Source: Antechinus flavipes (taxonomy: Eukaryota). From it: a DNA stretch of 64,000 nucleotides. A program made the translations under genes and the position numbers. Each line of letters starts with the position of its first letter. The first letter of the stretch is position 1. This document shows positions 26,609 through 39,075 of this stretch, piece after piece. The stretch lies in assembly GCF_016432865.1 (NCBI RefSeq), contig NC_067399.1, forward strand, positions 151,590,001 through 151,654,000. Direction: 5' to 3'. Under the pieces are notes generated by a model. It had not been told where the DNA came from. It made no database searches and saw nothing but the letters and a program-made list of their open reading frames with translations.

Positions 26609-29600
26609 CGCTAAACCATCATGTCATCTACAAAAAGTCATAATTCTGTTTCCTCAATACTTATACTTATTCTTTCAGTTACTTTTCATTCTCTTATTTT
26701 TTATACATGGTATTTCTAATACAACATTGAATAATACTGATGAAAATGAACATCTTTCACCTCTTCTCTTTCTGGAAAGGCTTCTAGCTTATCTCCACTG
26801 TAAATAACATTTAGTGTTGGTTTTTTTTGAAAGGATGACCCCACTTATTCCTGTGCTTTTGGTGTGTGTTTCTAACAGGAATAGGTGTTTTATTTTATCA
26901 AAAGCTTTTTCTGCATCTATTGAAATAATCATGTGATTTTTGTTGGTTTTTGTTATTAATATTGTCAATTTAGTTTATAGTTTTATTAAAATTGAACCAG
27001 CCATTCCTGCTATAAATTTGGCTAAACCATAGCATATGATGTTTGTGATATATTTCTGTAATCTTCTTGCTAGCATTTTATTTAAAATTATTTGCATCAA
27101 TATTCATTTGGCAAATTGGTCTATAATTTTTGTTCTCTCTTTTGACTCTCGCTGGTAGGTATCAAGACCATATTTGTGTCATAGAAGGAATTTAGAAAGA
27201 CTCCTTCTTAAACTTTTTTTCATCAGACAGTTAATATAGTATTTGAATCAATTGTTCCTAAAATGTTAGATAGAATTTTCTTGTAAATCTACCCAATCCT
27301 TTTTTTTAAGGGACCTTATTTAAGGCTTGTTCAATTTCTTTTTCTAAGATAAAGTTAATAAAAGTTAATTCTAAGATAGATTCTATTTCTTGTTCTGCCA
27401 ATGTGAGCAATTTATATTTTTGTAAATATTAATCTATTTCATTTAGATTTTTAATTTCATTGGCATATAGATGGACAAAATACTTCCTAGTAATTATTTT
27501 TATTTCCTCTTTAATGATTGTGAATTCACCTTTTTCATTTTCTTTACTGGTAATTTGGTTTTCTTCTTTCTCTATTTAAATCAAACTAGTCAATGGTTTA
27601 TGGATTTTATTGCTTTTTTTTTTTTAAAGGTTAGTTTCATGTTTCATTGCTTTAAATTTTTGTTAATGTCTCCTTTGATTTTCATTATTTATATTCTGGT
27701 GTTTAAAAGTTGTTGTTTTTCTAGTTTTTTAGTTTAATGCCCTCTTCATTGATCTATTCTTTCTCTGTCATTGATGTATCTGTCCTTAGACACTTACTAG
27801 CTGTGTAACCCTGGTCAAGTCACTATACCTCTATTCATCTCAGTTTTCTCAGGTATAAAATGAGGATTAAAATATCACCTACCTCCTAGGGTTGTTGTAA
27901 GGCTCAAATGAAATAATAATTGGAAAATGCTTAGCATAGTGTCTGGCACTAGGTAAGCACTATATAATTTTAGTTATGATGATGATGATATGTTTAGAAA
28001 TATACAATTTTCCCCCAATGCTGCTTTGACTGCATCTTATAGATTTGGTATGTTGTCTCATTGTTGTCATTAGCTTTAATGGAATAATTGTTTCCATGTT
28101 TTGCTCTTTGACACACTCATTCTTTAGGATTCAGTTATTTAGTTTACAAATGATTTTTAATCTATGTTTTAAAGTCTATTAGATATACATATTTTTATTG
28201 TGATAAAGTCAGAAAGGGTATACTTAATATTTCTGGTTTTCTGCATTAATGACATTTTTATCCCCATAGCCAAGGTTGATATTTGTAAAGGTGTCAGATA
28301 CAGCTGAAAATAGGTATATGCCTTTTTATTCTCAGTCGATAGTCTCCAAAAATCTATCATATTTAACCTTTCTAAAATTTTACTAATGTCCTTAATTTTT
28401 TTCTTATTTATTTTATGGTTAGATTTATCTAGATCTGAAGGGGTAAATTGAAGACTCCATTAATATACTTTTGTAGCCCATTTCCTCCTAGAATTCATTT
28501 AATGTCTTTTTGAAGAATTTGGATGCTGTGCCATTTGATACCTTTATGTTCAATATTGATATTGATTCATTGTCTATGGTACCTTTTAGCAAAATGTAGC
28601 TTCCTTGTTTATCTCTTAATTAGATATAATTTACTTTTGTTTTATCTGAGATCATGATTGCCACATTTTAGTTTTTTAGTTTTTAGTTTAGCTGAAGCAT
28701 AATAAATTCTGCTCTAACCCCATATTATAAATCTATATGTATATTTGTTTCAACTATGCTTTTTATATAAATAATATATTGGTGGATTCTGATTTCTATT
28801 AAACCTCTGTCTAATTAGATTCTCTCAGGGGTTATATGTAATCTCTTCCTATATAACTTTAATTAAATGATTCTATTAGCATATATTTGAATAAATGGCT
28901 CTTCTCACTGTTGGTGCTTGCTGAATGTTGGGTGTAAAGATAATCATAGGCAAGGATTGGAGGGCAGAAGGATAGAGGCCAGAGTCACTCTGCAGCAGGA
29001 CAAGGAGAAGGGAAGTTGGTGACTCCGGACTTCTGAATCCAGGATTCTGCTTGGCTGCTTCTTTCACTTCTCCCTCCAAAGATCAAGGACTTTGATTAAT
29101 CCTGAGTCTGGCTGACCCTGAAGCCCTCCAAAAAGCTAGCCTGTACTCTACAGAATATAATGCCTAAGCTCTTTTTTTTTTTTATTCATGGTTTTTAGAT
29201 AGTTCAATGATTCTTAATTACTTTTTCTCAATCTATTTCCCAGGTCAGTTGTTTAACACTTTCTTCTATTTTCTTTCAGTCTTTTGGCTTTTTTTTTTCT
29301 TTTTTTTTTTATGTCTCATGAAGACATTAGCTTCCATTTGGCCAATTCTAATTTTTAAAGAGTTATTTTCTTTAATAATGCTCTAGCCCTCTTTTACAAA
29401 GCTGTTAATTCTCTTTTCATATTTTTACTAAATAGCTCTCATATTTTTTCCTTTATTGATCTAACTTGCTTTTCTAAATCTTTTCTTTTTTGCTCTTTTT
29501 TATCTCTTTCTTTAATTCTGCTAAGAATTTTTCTTGAATTTGTATCCAATCTGCATTTTTCTTTGAGGCTTTGCTTGTAGATGTTTTCAAATAACTTTCT

Positions 29601-30179
29601 TCTTCTGTGTTTGTCATTTGGCAAATGTTCCTGTTTCTAGTACTTATTCATGAGCCCTCCCTCCCCCCAGATCTCATTTTGCCTCAGTTTTTATAGTCCT
29701 GGTGTTCAGTCTCAGCTTGTTGTCATTTCTGGTGCTAGAATACCTCTCACCCAGTCCTGATCCCAGTTTTTCCAGATCTCTGTTTACCTTTTTAAGACAT
29801 CCTGATCTGGAAAGACAGCTCACTGTAATTTTTCTTAGCTTTCTTGTTGAGAATTTAGCCTGGCATGTTTTTAGGTTATTTCAGAGAAGGTATATTAGGT
29901 GAGCTGGGTAAAATGCTAACTCTTACTCTGCCATTTTTACTTTTGGGCCTTTTCTAGGGGTTTAATAATAAAATGGAGAATTATCTAAGATAGTTTAATG
30001 GGATGATAGGTTTCATAAAATTTGTCAATAATTCAATAAGAATTTATTAAATTCTTATTATGTTCCAGGTATTGTGCTAAGCACTGGGGATACAAATAAA
30101 TAGAAAAAAAGAAGCTTACATTCTAAATTCTCCCCATTGTCATGAAGGAAGATAGCACACAAAAAGGAACTGAAAAGGA

Positions 30180-30375
30180 GAGGTTTTTTTAAACTCTATT
30201 TTGCAACCCCATACAGGGATCTCCTAACTAAATGCAGAAATCATGAAATTCTGATTAATTTTCAGTAAATGTTTGATTTATATTACCTATTTTATATGCC
30301 TATATGCCCAAAGTCACATAAAAATTTCTTGGGCAAAAAAGGGGTTTCAGATGGAAAAAAATTTAAGAAGCCCGT
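30180..30375 (-). mobile_element. hAT/Charlie-type MITE, family B copy 3 (reverse orientation)
   Basis: The reverse complement begins GGGCTTCTTAAAT-TTTTTCC and shares the internal CAAATC/AAACATTTACTGA motifs; no clear TSD. Confidence 0.7.
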
Positions 30376-30659
30376 TCTAAGGGATTAGGGGATGTGGGTT
30401 GAAAGAATTGGAAAGAATGGACTATTTTTCTGCTGGTATTGATATTCAATTTATTATGCAAATGACTGATCCATATTAATTGATAATTTTTAGGAAATGT
30501 TAGTAGTTACCCATCCACAGAGGCAAATCATTAAGAAGCTCAAAGAAAAGTATATCTAAACCAATTCTGACACAAATTCCACTTGTCTTGATTTTGTGAG
30601 ATAATGTCTTTCCCAGATTTTCTATCTCTTCTCCCTTCCTCATTCCTTATAGAAATGAG

Positions 30660-31445
30660 AAATTGAGTAGGCACAGATTCTTTGTTCAAATTGAGTCCTA
30701 TAACAATGCCCAAAGGGTTGTCAAATTGTACATACCCTTTGATTCAGCAGTATCTTTACTGGGTCTGCATCCCAAAAAGATCATAGAAGAGGAAAAAAGG
30801 ACCCACATGTGCAAAAATGTTTGTAGCAGCTTTCTTTGCAGTGGTAAGAAACTGGAAATTGAATGAATGCCCTCAGTTGAGGAATGGCTGAATAAATTAT
30901 GGTGTATGAATATAATGGAATATTATTATTCTATAAGAAATGATAAGCAGCTGATTTCAGAAAAGCTTGGAAAGATTTACATGAATTGATGCTGAGTGAA
31001 GTGAATAGAACCAAGAGAACATTGTCCATAGTGACAACAAGCCTGAATGACAATCAGTTGTGATGGACTTGGTTCTTTTCAACAATGGGGTGAATCAAAG
31101 CAGTTCCAATAGCCCTGTGATAGAAAGAGCCATTTGTATCCAGACAGAGAATTATGGAAACTTGAAAGTGAATCAAAGCATAGTACTTTCACCGTTTTTT
31201 TTTTTGTTTGTTTGTTTGTTTGCTGATTTTTTTCTTTTTCATGTTTTGTCCTTTTGATCTGATTTTTCTCTCACAGCATGACGAATATGGAAATATGTTT
31301 AGAAGAAATGCATGTGTTTAACCTACAGTAGTGTCTTGGGGAGCAGGGAGAAGGGAAGAGAGAGAGAAATTTGGAACAAAAGGTTTTGTAAAGGTGACTA
31401 TTGAAAACTATCTTTGTATGTATTTGGAAAAATAAAATACTGTTA
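30660..31445 (+). mobile_element. L1 3' fragment
   Basis: ORF2 C-terminal remnant (VKLYIPFDSAVSLLGLHPK) and a 3'UTR ending GGAAAAATAAAATAC, as at window positions 1-70. Confidence 0.85.
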
Positions 31446-31719
31446 AAAATAACAAATTGAGGGCATTATTTCTTTGAAGTTTAGTAGTCAGAGAGACCTG
31501 GGTTTGAATTCTGCCTCTAATATTATTAGTTGTAGAAGAAGCATGTATAGGCTATTTAACATGTTAATCTCAGTCTCCTCATTTGTAGAATGGGGATAAT
31601 AATACATACTTGTGATACTTTTTGCTCAATTTTCATGAGTCTCAGATGAATTACATGGAAAGCTTTACAAACTATAAATCACTAAGTAATGTTAGCTATT
31701 ATACCTTTTATGCTCAATT

Positions 31720-32650
31720 CCTTTGGCTTTCATGCCATAGACCTTTGTTGATTCTTTACCCAACTCCTATTCAGTTCCTTTCGCTATTTTTCCATACTCC
31801 TCCCTCTTTATCAAGACATATTTCCTAAGATCTGCCCTAGACTTTCTTTTGTATTTTGATTATATTCTATCCCTTAATAATCCCATGCATTCAATTATCA
31901 CCTCTTCAAAGATGACTCTTATATCTATACATCTAATACTAATTAATCTCTTTCTGAACTCCAGTTGCCCATTTTCAATTGTTTGCTGGAGATAGCTTTC
32001 TGGATATCCTGCTAGAATCTTTTTTTTTTTTTTTTTTTTTTTGGTTGAGGTAATTGGGTTCAGTGACTTGCCCAGGGTCACACAGCTAGGAAATGTTAAG
32101 TGTCTGAGACCAGATTGGAACTCAGGTCCTCCTGACTTCAGGACTGATGCTCTATCCACTTTGTCACCTAGCAGTTCCCCTGCTAGCATCTTAAACTCAA
32201 TTTATCCCAAAATGAATTCAATCTTCTTCTCTAAACCTCCCTCTCTATCCTATTTCCCATTGTGTTGATGGCCTGGTGAAGTTTTCTTTGATTCTTCCAT
32301 CTCTTTTATCTACCACATCAATCAATCATTAAATCTTATTGATTTTTGATTCACAATTTTCTTCCAATCTTCTCCCCCCCCCTCCCTCCACAGTCATTCA
32401 CACTACTATCCCCTAATTCAGATCTTTATCACCTATCATTTGAAACATTACAATGACTTCTTAACTGGCTTCCTTGCCTTTTTATTCTCTGCTACTTTCT
32501 ATTCATTCTCCAATTAGTTGCCAACATAACTTACCTGATACCTTAGTGTTACTATATCACTTCCCTAATTAAAAACATTTGTCAGTTCCTTTATTCTCCA
32601 GGATATATAAACTTCTCTACCTGGCATTGAAGATCTTGCCATTTTAGATT
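31720..32650 (+). mobile_element. L2 fragment with nested WSINE1
   Basis: L2 RT/3' text on both sides of the SINE. Confidence 0.7.
32021..32180 (-). mobile_element. WSINE1-type SINE, young
   Basis: Pure ~23-nt poly-T tail; TSD CCTGCTAG(A/C)ATCTT; A/B-box head. Confidence 0.87.
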
Positions 32651-33611
32651 TATTATCAGTATGAAATGAAATACTGATAATATTTCATCCTATCTCTTCA
32701 CTCATCTTTTAAGAATTTTGTTTTATTTTTAAGTTTTGGAATAAAACAAGCATTTCCATAACATAATATAATCTTTAAAAAAATGCTTGTATATGAAACT
32801 TCAAATCTATTTGGAAAATTCCAAAAATTCAAGTAAAAAGTTAATCAAAACAATAATTTTAGCAAAGTAGTAGGATATAAAGTAAAATTACATAAATCAT
32901 CAGCATTCCTATATGTCACAAACAAAACTCTGCCAGAAGATTTAATACAAGACACCCCATTTAATATCATTAGACAATAAAATACTTGGACTTGCACCTG
33001 TCAAAACAAACCCAAAAACTATTATAAAAAACTTTTTATACAAATAAAATCAGATTTAAAAATTGGAGAAATTTTAATTGTTCATGGGTAGGCAGGGCCA
33101 ATGTAATAAAAATGCCAATTTTACCCAAACTAATTCACATATTCACTGTCATCCCAATTAAACAACATTTTTATTTTCAAATGATTTTTTTTCCTATTCT
33201 ATGTCCTATCCAACTAGAATACTACAAGATGCCTTTCTACTTAGTCTGTAGGCTGTATTTCCTCCTGATAAAGTCCTTTTCTTCTTTTAGGTTTAGTTCA
33301 GGTGCTACCTTCTTCATGAAGATTTTTTTAAATCCTCCTAGCTGAAAATATTTTTTTCTCTCTTCAGATTTCCTTCATCATTTTACCTGGATTTCTCCTT
33401 TGACCCATATCACTTTTGATCTGTCATACTTATTTTTGTCATTTCCCCCATGAGATTGTAAAGGTCAGGGATTTCTCAGTATTGCTAGCACCTAAAGTAC
33501 CCTCAATACAGCTGGAATTTAACAAATCTTGATTGCATAACAAAATTGAATTTCCTTCAGTGGGGCAACAGAGACTTTTTTGAGAACTGCTGGTGGTGGT
33601 ATCTGTGAAAA

Positions 33612-33721
33612 CACAAGGTGTTTTACAAGCTTTTGTGTGATTTTAAAATAATTAAAACTTCAATAGCTTTAAAAAGTTTTAAAAATTTAAAATAGCACTA
33701 AGACTTTTGGGACACCCTGTA
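33612..33721. mobile_element. Tc1/mariner-type hairpin MITE (~110 bp)
   Basis: The right arm ...GCACTAAGACTTTTGGGACACCCTG-TA pairs with a degenerate left arm (25/36 identity); TA target at the right end. Confidence 0.6.
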
Positions 33722-35139
33722 TATAATGTGAGAAGAATCGGCCTTTACAGAGTTGAGAAACAGACTGAGGCTTACTTCTTAGCAGCTACTCTTGCTATCC
33801 TGTCCATATCCAAGACAGTGGGGTCAGTGGAAATAGAGCTGAATTTGGAACTAGAATATCTTAGTTCCAAACCAGCCTGTAATCGCTGCTATTTGATCCA
33901 AAGCAAGTCACTTTGCTTTTCTTGATTTCAGTTTCCTTATTTGTAGGGGAAGATGTTGTCTAGATAATTCCTAAGGTTTCCCCTCCTCACCCTAATCTTA
34001 AATCTCCAATACTTTAGAAGCAATGTTATCTTTGCTCTTTCAAAATGGCACATAATGTCCTTTTTAATCAGCATCCAAAAATTGGGGGGGGGGGAGAGGA
34101 AGGGGATAAAGATGCATCCTGATTTGCCATTCTTTCAGCAGCCTTCCAGGATTCCTTAGAAAGACTGAGGGAGTTTCTATTTCACAGACCTGGTGATGAC
34201 GAAGTTGAACTTAATGATATAACCAATGTAACACAGTGAAGGGAAATTTCAGGGCCTTGTTAGATCTTAGAGTTCCTTTTCTCTTCCGCGTTCTCCTATG
34301 ATTTCTCCCTTTTCACTTCTCTCTGCCCCATACCCATATGTATCCTCACTCCCTTACCCACAAATGACAAAGAGCTAGAAAGTCTCTTTGAGATTCCTTG
34401 GTTGTACCTTAATTAAAAAAAAAAAAAGCCATCAGCTAAAAACCAGAAAGATTTGGAGGACAGTAATGAAATGTATTTGACTCACTGTCATTTGAAAGAG
34501 GATTGAATTTGTTTTATTTTGCTCCTTGGGCAGAAACAGGAATAGGGAATAGAGTCGTAGAGAAGAAATTTGGGATGGAAGGAAAAATTTAAAAATATTG
34601 AAACTCTACCCAAGTAGAATGAAGTACCTCTGAAATTAGTAGATTTTCACTAGCAGTCTTCAGATGCTGAAATTTTGATGATCATCTACTGATGAGTGGA
34701 AGTATATTCCCCTCTGGACTTCCTAATAAATATGATTCTGTATATGTTTGAAAGTCTGGAGACTGCAGTGTGTTTTGCAGCCCATGGGCCCAGAAAGTCC
34801 TAGAATTGGATTTAGGACAGATGTGGCTCTTATAGAGACTTCAAGTCTGGAAAACTTTGAATGCTGGTTTTCAGCAACATTCACCGGGAAGGCTCATTCT
34901 CTTCTGGTCTAAGAAATTAGAGCGAAAAGTGATTTTTTAAATGCCATATTCTTTAGGGGATTAATAATTGTTAGGGTTGGAGAATGGGGTTGAAAATCTT
35001 CCCTGGAAAATAATGAGCAGAGAAACATTTACTGATTAGTTTAATCCCAGATAATCCTATCTGATGAGCATAGATCAAGATATCCCTTAACAGATTTATT
35101 CTAAAATAAAGCAAAACAAAATCAAATAAAAAGTTCACA

Positions 35140-36480
35140 AGCAGCCTTGCGATGTGGAGGTGCAAGTGCTGTTCTCCGAAGAAAGGAATGATCCTAGTTT
35201 CTAGGGAAGATGCGGGGTGAGCTGGGGGGAGGAAGATCTGGGACCAAAAGTAAAAACATCACCTAACCCCCACCTTCTGTCTTCCCTCGGCTCCGGGGAT
35301 GTCCAGAACTGTATCCTCAATCCGTGCACGTGGCTAGGAAGTAGCCCAGGCAACTCTTTAGAATACATGGGGATTTAAACTCTTATTCCTATTCCCCTGT
35401 AGCAGGCTTTCTCCCCGTTTTCGGCTTTTATGTTTCCCTAAACTGATTACAAGCAATTATAAACGCTTTATCCCAAACTTTCCAAATGACTCTACCATAT
35501 GCATAGTTAAAAGCTTCATCATCCCTGGCGGCAGCTGAGCCTCAGCGTAAACTGCTAAAATTAAGCTGATTCTGGGCGATGTCAAAAAATTAGGGTTTTA
35601 GCCACTAATATCGGGCCGGACTGGAAATTGTTGGGGGTTGGTGGCCGGATTAGCACTTCCAATTTCTGTGAGAGATTTGCTCTCAGTTTAACAGTGAAAG
35701 TCTCCTCGGGCGGTCCTCTCAATTGGACTGGACTCCAGCGCAACTTGAAAAGTGAATGTGGTCAGCTTTCTCTGCCCCGATATCAGGGAGCCCAAGAGGA
35801 GAAGCTCTACTTCGTAAGGGTGGGTGGTGGGGAAAAAAGACAGGAAAAGTCAGTATAAATACCGAATTCTTTTTCTTTCTTTCTGTATGTCTAAGTCCCT
35901 TTCTCTGGGTCCCCCTCTCTCTCCTTCCTCTTCTCCCCTCTGGGAGTGGTCGGGATGAGCTAAATCTGTGACAACCGACATAAAACAAAAGCATAAACAA
36001 TGAGAGATCTAAGGGACCAAGGAAAGCACCCAATCCATCGTCCTCATTTTAGACTGAAGCCAGGAAAGGGACGTGATTAGCTTAAAATCACTAACGAATT
36101 AATGACTCGATTTCTAGTCCCAGGAAGCGGACCCAAACTCTGATCATCTGCAATCTCTGTTTTCTTTGATGATTTAGATGCCCCAAAGGAAGGAAAATCA
36201 AACATTTGTGTCCCCACCTACGAGTGTCGAGACGCCCCAGTCAACGTTCCCTGGGCATTGGGTACTGTTTCCGCAGGCGATATTTCTGGGGCATTTCTTG
36301 AAGTCCATATCTGATAGTTTCTAAGTCTGATAAGGTTCACCATTCACCCAGAACTGTCAGGAGAGCATGCACGCTCGCTTGCTTACACTGTAGCGTTGTC
36401 GCATCGCTCATCTGGTGAGTCGTGCTTCTAATAATTTGGTCATAGTTCATCTGCTGTCGAACGTGATCCCCAATTTTTTT
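35140..36480. promoter_or_regulatory. Second CpG-enriched, repeat-poor upstream block (candidate enhancer)
   Basis: Many retained CG dinucleotides and homeodomain motifs (GGATTAG 35647-35653, TGATTA 35444-35449); few recognisable repeats. Confidence 0.55.
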
Positions 36481-37204
36481 GGGGGAAATCAAATAATTAG
36501 GTTTTTGATGTTCCTCCAAGAGCTGATGGCAGAGACCTGAATGCATCTCTACACCTGAACCCGGCTAAGAAAAGCTCCTCAAAAGAAATTCCTGCCTCTC
36601 TTTCAGGTCAAACGTAATCGTCAAAAGCCAACCCTAAACCCAAGCAATTCAAATTACAATTATCCCAAATGAAAGTTATTGTTTTTCTAATCCCAGGAAC
36701 AGCTTGCAAAGGGAGATTTGGGTCTTTCTTTAATAATGTAAAGTTAATACGTAGTCCTCTTGTAATTATCTTTATCAGAAGGCCCTTGTTTAATCTGCGT
36801 GTTTAGCAGAAAAGTACCAAAAAAAAAGAGGGGGGGGGATGGAAGAGAGATCTACTTTAAAGTAGTTGATGTAAGCTGTTTGTAAATCGTTTGCATAAAC
36901 AGATGAAGCAGGGAATTTCAATCCAGGTGCAAGAGCTGGGATCTGATGGACTGAGTCAGACTGGAGTCCTTTTTGGACAAGGATAAGGTTACACAACACA
37001 TTCTCTCCTCTCCGGTTGCCGAGCTGAGGGTGGGGCCAACTACTAGATGTTTCGAGTTAGGGAGATAGGATGGGAGGGAGAATAGGTAGGATGTCAGTAA
37101 AATTAAAAAAAAAAAAAAACAACTTAGAAATCAGCAGAGGAAATAAACTTGAACTTGTCCATATTTTCTTAAACAAAATTCCATTCCATTCTGTTCCATT
37201 ATAT

Positions 37205-37205
<1 letters not shown>

Positions 37206-37243
<38 letters not shown>

Positions 37244-37257
37244 TTGTTGTTGTTGTT
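37206..37257. repeat. Poly-T tract followed by (TTG)n
   Basis: Read directly. Confidence 0.95.
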
Positions 37258-37383
37258 GCAGGAAGGCTTCTAGGCTTTGGGAAAGAAATACAAATTAGAG
37301 CTATGGGAAGGGGGAGGGGAAAGACAGAAAGACAGACAGAGACAGAAATTCAGAGAGAAATAGAGAAAAACACACACACAGAG

Positions 37384-37532
37384 NNNNNNNNNNNNNNNNN
37401 NNNNNNNNNNNNNNNNNNNNNNNNNNNNNNNNNNNNNNNNNNNNNNNNNNNNNNNNNNNNNNNNNNNNNNNNNNNNNNNNNNNNNNNNNNNNNNNNNNNN
37501 NNNNNNNNNNNNNNNNNNNNNNNNNNNNNNNN
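37384..37532. other. Assembly gap (149 N) next to a CA/GA microsatellite
   Basis: Run of N. Confidence 1.
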
Positions 37533-38579
37533 AAGTTAGAGGGTATGGTTGAAGAGAGAAAGAGTTCAGTGTAAGATCGGGAAGGTTTGAAGGAAAAGAT
37601 TGTAAAGAGTTCTAAATTCTCAACGGGAATTTGTTTTTATTTCAGTCAAAAGGCAATAAGGAGCCACTGGAGTTTATGGAGCAGGGGAGTGATGACATGG
37701 TCAGAACTAAGCTTTAGGACAAAATTTTGGCAAAAGTTGTATTAGGGAGAGATTTGCCAAGTTCAATTAAGCTATTGCAAATACTGGAGGAGAGAATAAT
37801 TAGGCTTATTTGAAAATCATGTTTTGCTGTGAAGCGGCACGTGTGAGCATAACAACGTGTAGGAATTTAAAAAAAGTTTGGAGTTTTCGAATTTTTCTCT
37901 CTCCAGAAACGTCTGCCCCTGGGGTTTTTCGTAAGGCCCATGAAAATGCAGGCACTAATGGAGTACGCGCGACTCAAAAAAGAAACGAGAGGAGGAGAGA
38001 TGTTCGGCTTCAGCCCAGACAGCCTGAGGATGTAGGGGCTGGGATGGGGGGTGGGGAGGGGGAGAGGGGGATTCACAAGCTCCCCATACCTCACTTTAAC
38101 CCCTTCGCACCCTGCTTCCTCTTTCGTTAGCTTCTCGATTCTGGGGAAGAACTGACAGCGAAAAGACCCAGCTAACTGAAGTGGGACAAAATCTCAGCCT
38201 TGGGTTTAGAGGACAATTGTGCAAACCTGTATGCCCCAGCTTCATTTCGGGAGCGAGCAAGCTGAACGAGAGAAACCCACCCACTACCTCCTTCCCCTCG
38301 GGGAGACGGAGAGATGAGCATCTCGGCGGAAACAGGGATATTTTGGGGGATTTTTTTTGGCGGGGGAGAGAGAGTTGTGTGAGCGACGTAATTCTATGGT
38401 TACTGATCTAGCCTGACCAAAGGCTTGGCACCGAGGCCCTCTAAATCTGAGGGGATTGAAAGTGAGGTCTTAGAAAAGAAAGGAAGATGTGTGGGTCCTA
38501 GGGAGAGAAGGGGGTGGATATTAAACAGCTTGTAGAACTAAGGAGGTTTATGCTTTCGAAGAGGTGAAATTAAGTGAAA

Positions 38580-39075
38580 TCTCCATCCCCGCCCCCTCTT
38601 CCCACCCCTGCTCCAGAAGAGTTTGTTGTAGGAGGGGCGGGCTTGGCCAGGACAGATTGAAGGGACTAGAAAGGAGATGACAGCTGGACAGGGGGACGTG
38701 TAAGGGGAAGGAGGAAGAAAGTGAGGAAAAAGTGACCCTGGGAAAGGGGGATGGGACTTCCGAAGGGAGGTAGTGGCTGGGAGCTGAAGTGGGGAAGCAG
38801 CTGGGAGTTGAGCTAGGGAAGGGAAGGTGCATTATCAGATTGTAGGGAAATTGGGAGTAATTAATCTTCTGGAATTGGAAGCACGGGACGCCCCTAAGGC
38901 AACAGGACCCTTCACCAAGCTGATTGGAGGCCAAGCGCCTTCCCCACCCACTGCCCTGCTTCCCTGGCCCCAGGACCCAGATAAAAAGGTCTGGACCGGC
39001 TTCGCTCTTCCACCATCTGGACTCGGGGTCCTGCAAAAGCTATTCCAGACAAGCCTGGGAAGGAAGAGCCAAACC
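38580..39075 (+). promoter_or_regulatory. VSX1 proximal promoter and 5'UTR
   Basis: GC boxes (CCCCGCCCC ~38587, GGGGCGGG ~38634), overlapping TAATTA/TAATCT at 38858-38867, reverse CCAAT box GCTGATTGG at 38919-38927 and TATA-like GATAAAAA at 38980-38987, about 95 nt before the ATG. The TSS itself cannot be observed. Confidence 0.65.

Larger units (their letters stand above)
24430..29900 (-). mobile_element. Long old L1 (ORF2 and ORF1 remnants) with nested MITEs, a SINE and an LTR-like piece
   Basis: Continuous T-rich L1 antisense similarity; remnant ORFs 28169-28360 (EN-like) and 29439-29624 (ORF1 coiled-coil-like); boundaries approximate. Confidence 0.8.

Noticed and set aside
28808-29152. 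LTR-like insert within the old L1
   Set aside because: It has TG...CA-like ends but no matching TSD, and the family is not recognised with confidence.
37303-37539. ORF spanning the N gap
   Set aside because: Artefact of the microsatellite and the Ns.
38827-39075. 83-codon in-frame N-terminal extension of the exon-1 ORF (MHYQIVG...)
   Set aside because: It starts at GTG, lies upstream of the likely TSS across CCAAT and TATA-like motifs, and has no similarity to VSX proteins. The true start is the ATG at 39076.
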